Notes under the pieces: model-generated | What the model was told of the DNA's origin: nothing | What the model saw: the letters and a program-made list of their open reading frames with translations, nothing else | Databases searched by the model: none | Position numbers and translations under genes: made by a program | DNA from: a virus | Taxonomy: Duplodnaviria; Caudoviricetes | Length of the DNA stretch: 36,813 bases | IMG/VR virus record: IMGVR_UViG_3300005805_000223 | Coordinates: 1-36,813 of that record | Direction: 5' to 3' (one strand) | Part shown: positions 34,601 to 36,813 of the stretch, piece by piece | Layout of the letters: each line of letters starts with the position of its first letter | Position numbering within the stretch: the stretch's first letter is position 1

Positions 34601-36813
34601 CAGTTAATAGTTTCTCTCCAGATGTTTATAGTTCTGATTTAACTATATTTAAAGGCGAACCCATAGTTGATTATATTGATATTCGTCCAAGAGTGAAAAA
34701 TTACAATATGTCAACTGATACTGATTCTCCATTTGAATATGACTTTAGAGATTTTAGTACATCTGGTGGATCCGTAAATAATATTCTTGTTCCAGATGAA
34801 ACTCTGACCCTAGGATATTCTTTCTATCTTGCAAGAATTGATAAAATTTTCCTTTCCAAGGATGGTTTCTTTGAATTGAAAAAGGGAACTGCTGCAGAAT
34901 CTCCCGTAGCTCCAGAATCTCCTGCTGGTGCATTTACAGTTGCAACTATATTCAATAAACCATATCTACATAACGCAACTAAGGAAAGTAGTGTTGTTCT
35001 TGCAAAACATAAAAGATATACAATGTTTGATATCTCCAGATTGGAGACAAGAATTCAAAACATCGAATTTTATACTCAGTTATCTTTACTCGAAACAGAT
35101 ACTGCAAACTTGAATATTAAAGATGCAGTTACTGGTCTTGATAGATTTAAGTCTGGTTTCTTTGTTGATAATTTTAGAAGCCATGGATCACATGCAATTA
35201 CTCATCCAAACTTTAGAGCTTCTATTGATAAATCTCAAGGTCAAATGCGACCACTTCACTACACACATGGCATTGACCTTCTTCTTGGATCAGAACAAGT
35301 TATTGGTATTGGAACCACAGCAAATCCAAATGCAGACTTAACTCAAGTCTCAGATCTTCAATCTAATGCACTTAAAAAGACTGGTGATGTTGTAACTCTT
35401 AACTACTCAGAAGTCGAATTTATTAAACAAAGATTTGCAACAAGAACGGAAAATGTTAACCCATTTGCCGTTATTAACTGGGTTGGTGTTGCACAACTTA
35501 ACCCCCCAAGTGATACTTGGTTGGAAGAAAAAAGACTTGATGTGAATAATATTACTCTCGAAGGTGGATACCAAACATTCCTTCAAGCTTTTGAAGTTGA
35601 TCCAAATACAGGATTTTCACCAATAGATTGGGGTGGATGGCAAGAAGAATGGAGTTCTGTTGATTTTTCCACAACAGAACTTTCTAGAGAATCTCGTGGA
35701 ACTCAAACAACTGCTTCTAGTTGGCGTAGTGGATTTAGTGCTGGTGGACAACAACTTCCAACAGTTAATGCTGGACTTATTTCCAGAACGCGCAATGTTA
35801 CAATGCGCGATAACTTTGTTATTAATAACCAAGAAACTCTTTCTATTGATAGAGGACTAACAAGATCTGGCATTCAATTGCAAGCTTCCGAACGAATTGA
35901 TACACAGTCAATTGGAACCAGACTTATCAATAGAGAACAAGTTCCGTATATTAGATCTAGAAATATTGAGTTTGTTTCAAATAGAATTAAACCAAGAACA
36001 CAATTTTATGTTTTCTTTGATGATCAAAATGTAACTAAGTATGTAACACCAAAACTTCTTGAAATTTCAATGGTTCAAGGAGTATTCCAAGTTGGTGAAA
36101 CCGTTAAAGGCACCATGTCTAATGATGTTGATGGAACAAATCCAACAATTACATTTAGAGTTGCACAGTCTAATCACAAATATGGTGCATATAATTCACC
36201 AACAATCATTTATGATGTAAATCCATATACTGATAGTGTTGGACTTGGTTCTGTTTATTCCGCAACTAGTACTATCTTGAATATCGATACTGCTTCTTTA
36301 CAACAAGAAGTTCTTGGAACATTTAACGGTTATGGTGCTCAAAATATGAGACTTGTTGGACAAACAAGCGGTGCTGAAGCTACTATATCAGATTTTAGAT
36401 TAATTAGTGACGAAAAGGGAACTTTAATAGGATCCTTGTTTATTCCTAATTCAACACTTCCTGCAGTTCCAGAATTTAGGACAGGTGTAAAAACATTTAG
36501 AATTACAAGTAGTCCCATTAATTCTTTAAGTCCAGCAGTTAATCCATCAACTGCAGAGGCATCTTTCCGTGCAGAAGGTGCTATTAATACAATCCAAGAA
36601 GATGTTATTGGTGTTAGAAATGTAAATATTCAAAGACAGACAGTTTCTGATAGTACCGTAACAAATCAAGTTGTAACTAGAGTTGTTCAAAATGAGTCAT
36701 TTAGTGAAAGAACTGTTACTCAAAATCAATGGTATGATCCTCTTGCAGAATCTTTTGAAGTCGTAGAAGAAAACGGCGTATTTGTTTCTTCTTGTGATAT
36801 TTTCTTCCAAACA
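31699..36813 (+). CDS. VrlC / DUF4815-family virion structural protein, 3'-truncated by the window end (at least 1705 aa)
   Basis: MPQETNLNVSPYFDDFNEDKNFNRVLFKP...QARELTQLQSILQNQIERFG; later YTMFDISRLETRI, DRFKSGFFVDNF, WYDPLAESF. Missing from the ORF track because there is no stop. Confidence 0.9.
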   Translation, partial: MPQETNLNVSPYFDDFNEDKNFNRVLFKPASAVQARELTQLQSILQNQIERFGQHFFKEGSMVIPGQTAYDPLYYAVEINESFLGIPVSEYLEQLVGKVIRGSNSGVEATVVNYLLSSNSERGNNTLYIKYKKSGSDFTTETFQDGENLIALTDIEYGISRIVSNNPFAVCIASNATSTGSSASIQEGVFFIRGYFVKVQSQTIILDQYSATPNYRIGLFIDENIVTAYDDASLFDNASGFSNASAPGADRFQLKTTLIKKGLEEFNDENFVELMRLENGKLQKFVNKTDYNLIRDELAKRTYDESGDYYVKPFQVKVVESLNDRQGNGGIYSSNQKTSQGGTPSNNLMLYQVSPGKAYVKGYDIEKLNTSYIDVDKPRDTKTIDSTSFAVNGVGYLKVNRVYGSPFVGFGTTAVVSLRSQRIGAVDATPGGIEIGNAKVYDYKLEASAYSNDQTKYDLYLYDIQTFTEITVSSSLTQTTPAYIEGARSGAKGFLKNNISSSTSLTLTSTNGQFIIDEPIKINGILDTRVVTSVREYKFDDVKSIYQTVGINTFNADSLLSDRFFVAPVGTNFTIGTAGVCTASGNRFSVGINTGDIVTYNKQGQSVPTFNRVSALSADGSTITLASTQTVTGVCNGDLPSSEIQTSDFSVLKPRLINGQNSTLATRLPNSYISNVDLSDSEIQIRKQFTVNVSSNRATVTISNADEFFQPFDEERYNLVFSDGTIEDLTGKVSFNASFKTATIVNLSKATDTNAIFVSTVKKINVTSQTKNLSRCDKLVVSRSKYQYAGVAGTNFNNGLTYNTVYGTRIEDNEISLNVPDGLRVHAVFESSTTGDPTLPNITLINRSQVLTNTLQGELVIGDITGAVARVVTSTTGNVDIVYKNELRFSVGETVSFQSSGITGEVSAVVVGDKNIVDNFSFDNGQRSEFYDYARIIRDANSPEPKKRLAIVFDHFNIDPGSTGDLGTVNSFSPDVYSSDLTIFKGEPIVDYIDIRPRVKNYNMSTDTDSPFEYDFRDFSTSGGSVNNILVPDETLTLGYSFYLARIDKIFLSKDGFFELKKGTAAESPVAPESPAGAFTVATIFNKPYLHNATKESSVVLAKHKRYTMFDISRLETRIQNIEFYTQLSLLETDTANLNIKDAVTGLDRFKSGFFVDNFRSHGSHAITHPNFRASIDKSQGQMRPLHYTHGIDLLLGSEQVIGIGTTANPNADLTQVSDLQSNALKKTGDVVTLNYSEVEFIKQRFATRTENVNPFAVINWVGVAQLNPPSDTWLEEKRLDVNNITLEGGYQTFLQAFEVDPNTGFSPIDWGGWQEEWSSVDFSTTELSRESRGTQTTASSWRSGFSAGGQQLPTVNAGLISRTRNVTMRDNFVINNQETLSIDRGLTRSGIQLQASERIDTQSIGTRLINREQVPYIRSRNIEFVSNRIKPRTQFYVFFDDQNVTKYVTPKLLEISMVQGVFQVGETVKGTMSNDVDGTNPTITFRVAQSNHKYGAYNSPTIIYDVNPYTDSVGLGSVYSATSTILNIDTASLQQEVLGTFNGYGAQNMRLVGQTSGAEATISDFRLISDEKGTLIGSLFIPNSTLPAVPEFRTGVKTFRITSSPINSLSPAVNPSTAEASFRAEGAINTIQEDVIGVRNVNIQRQTVSDSTVTNQVVTRVVQNESFSERTVTQNQWYDPLAESFEVVEENGVFVSSCDIFFQT

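Noticed and set aside
19559-35860. Short alternative-frame and antisense ORFs inside gp7 and the VrlC-like gene
   Set aside because: They are fully nested in well-supported structural genes and are shadow ORFs.
1-36813. tRNA/rRNA genes, reverse transcriptase/DGR, transposases
   Set aside because: No cloverleaf or T-loop pattern, RT motif, or transposase was recognised by eye. tRNAscan-SE and HMM scans would be needed to exclude them fully.

Overview
This 36.8 kb window comes from a T4-like cyanophage (myovirus infecting Synechococcus/Cyanobium-type hosts). The basis is a plant-type ferredoxin, three 2OG-Fe(II) oxygenases and the gp25-gp6-gp7-gp8-VrlC baseplate block. Essentially all genes are on the + strand. 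Layout: (1) 1-2334 is a scrambled or chimeric left end followed by tail-associated ORFs and two oxygenases. (2) 2325-12790 is a host-takeover (early-type) island of about 40 small ORFs, including RlpA-like, GIY-YIG EndoII-like and KTSC-like genes and several very acidic peptides. It is punctuated by about 14 copies of a palindrome + sigma70-promoter cassette. (3) Inside the island, about 7980-8720 is non-coding, bounded by outward-facing consensus promoters, and holds a 35-bp tandem repeat and about 10 copies of a TACYGCG motif. It is a candidate origin, packaging site or ncRNA locus. (4) GC content rises to about 65% by 12.6 kb, then drops abruptly at a repeat-rich boundary near 12.8-13.0 kb. 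(5) 13.0-16.1 kb holds an oxygenase, a glycosyltransferase-like gene, petF and conserved hypotheticals. (6) 16.1 kb to the end is a late baseplate operon whose last gene runs off the window. All family assignments are from motif recognition by eye; no searches were run.
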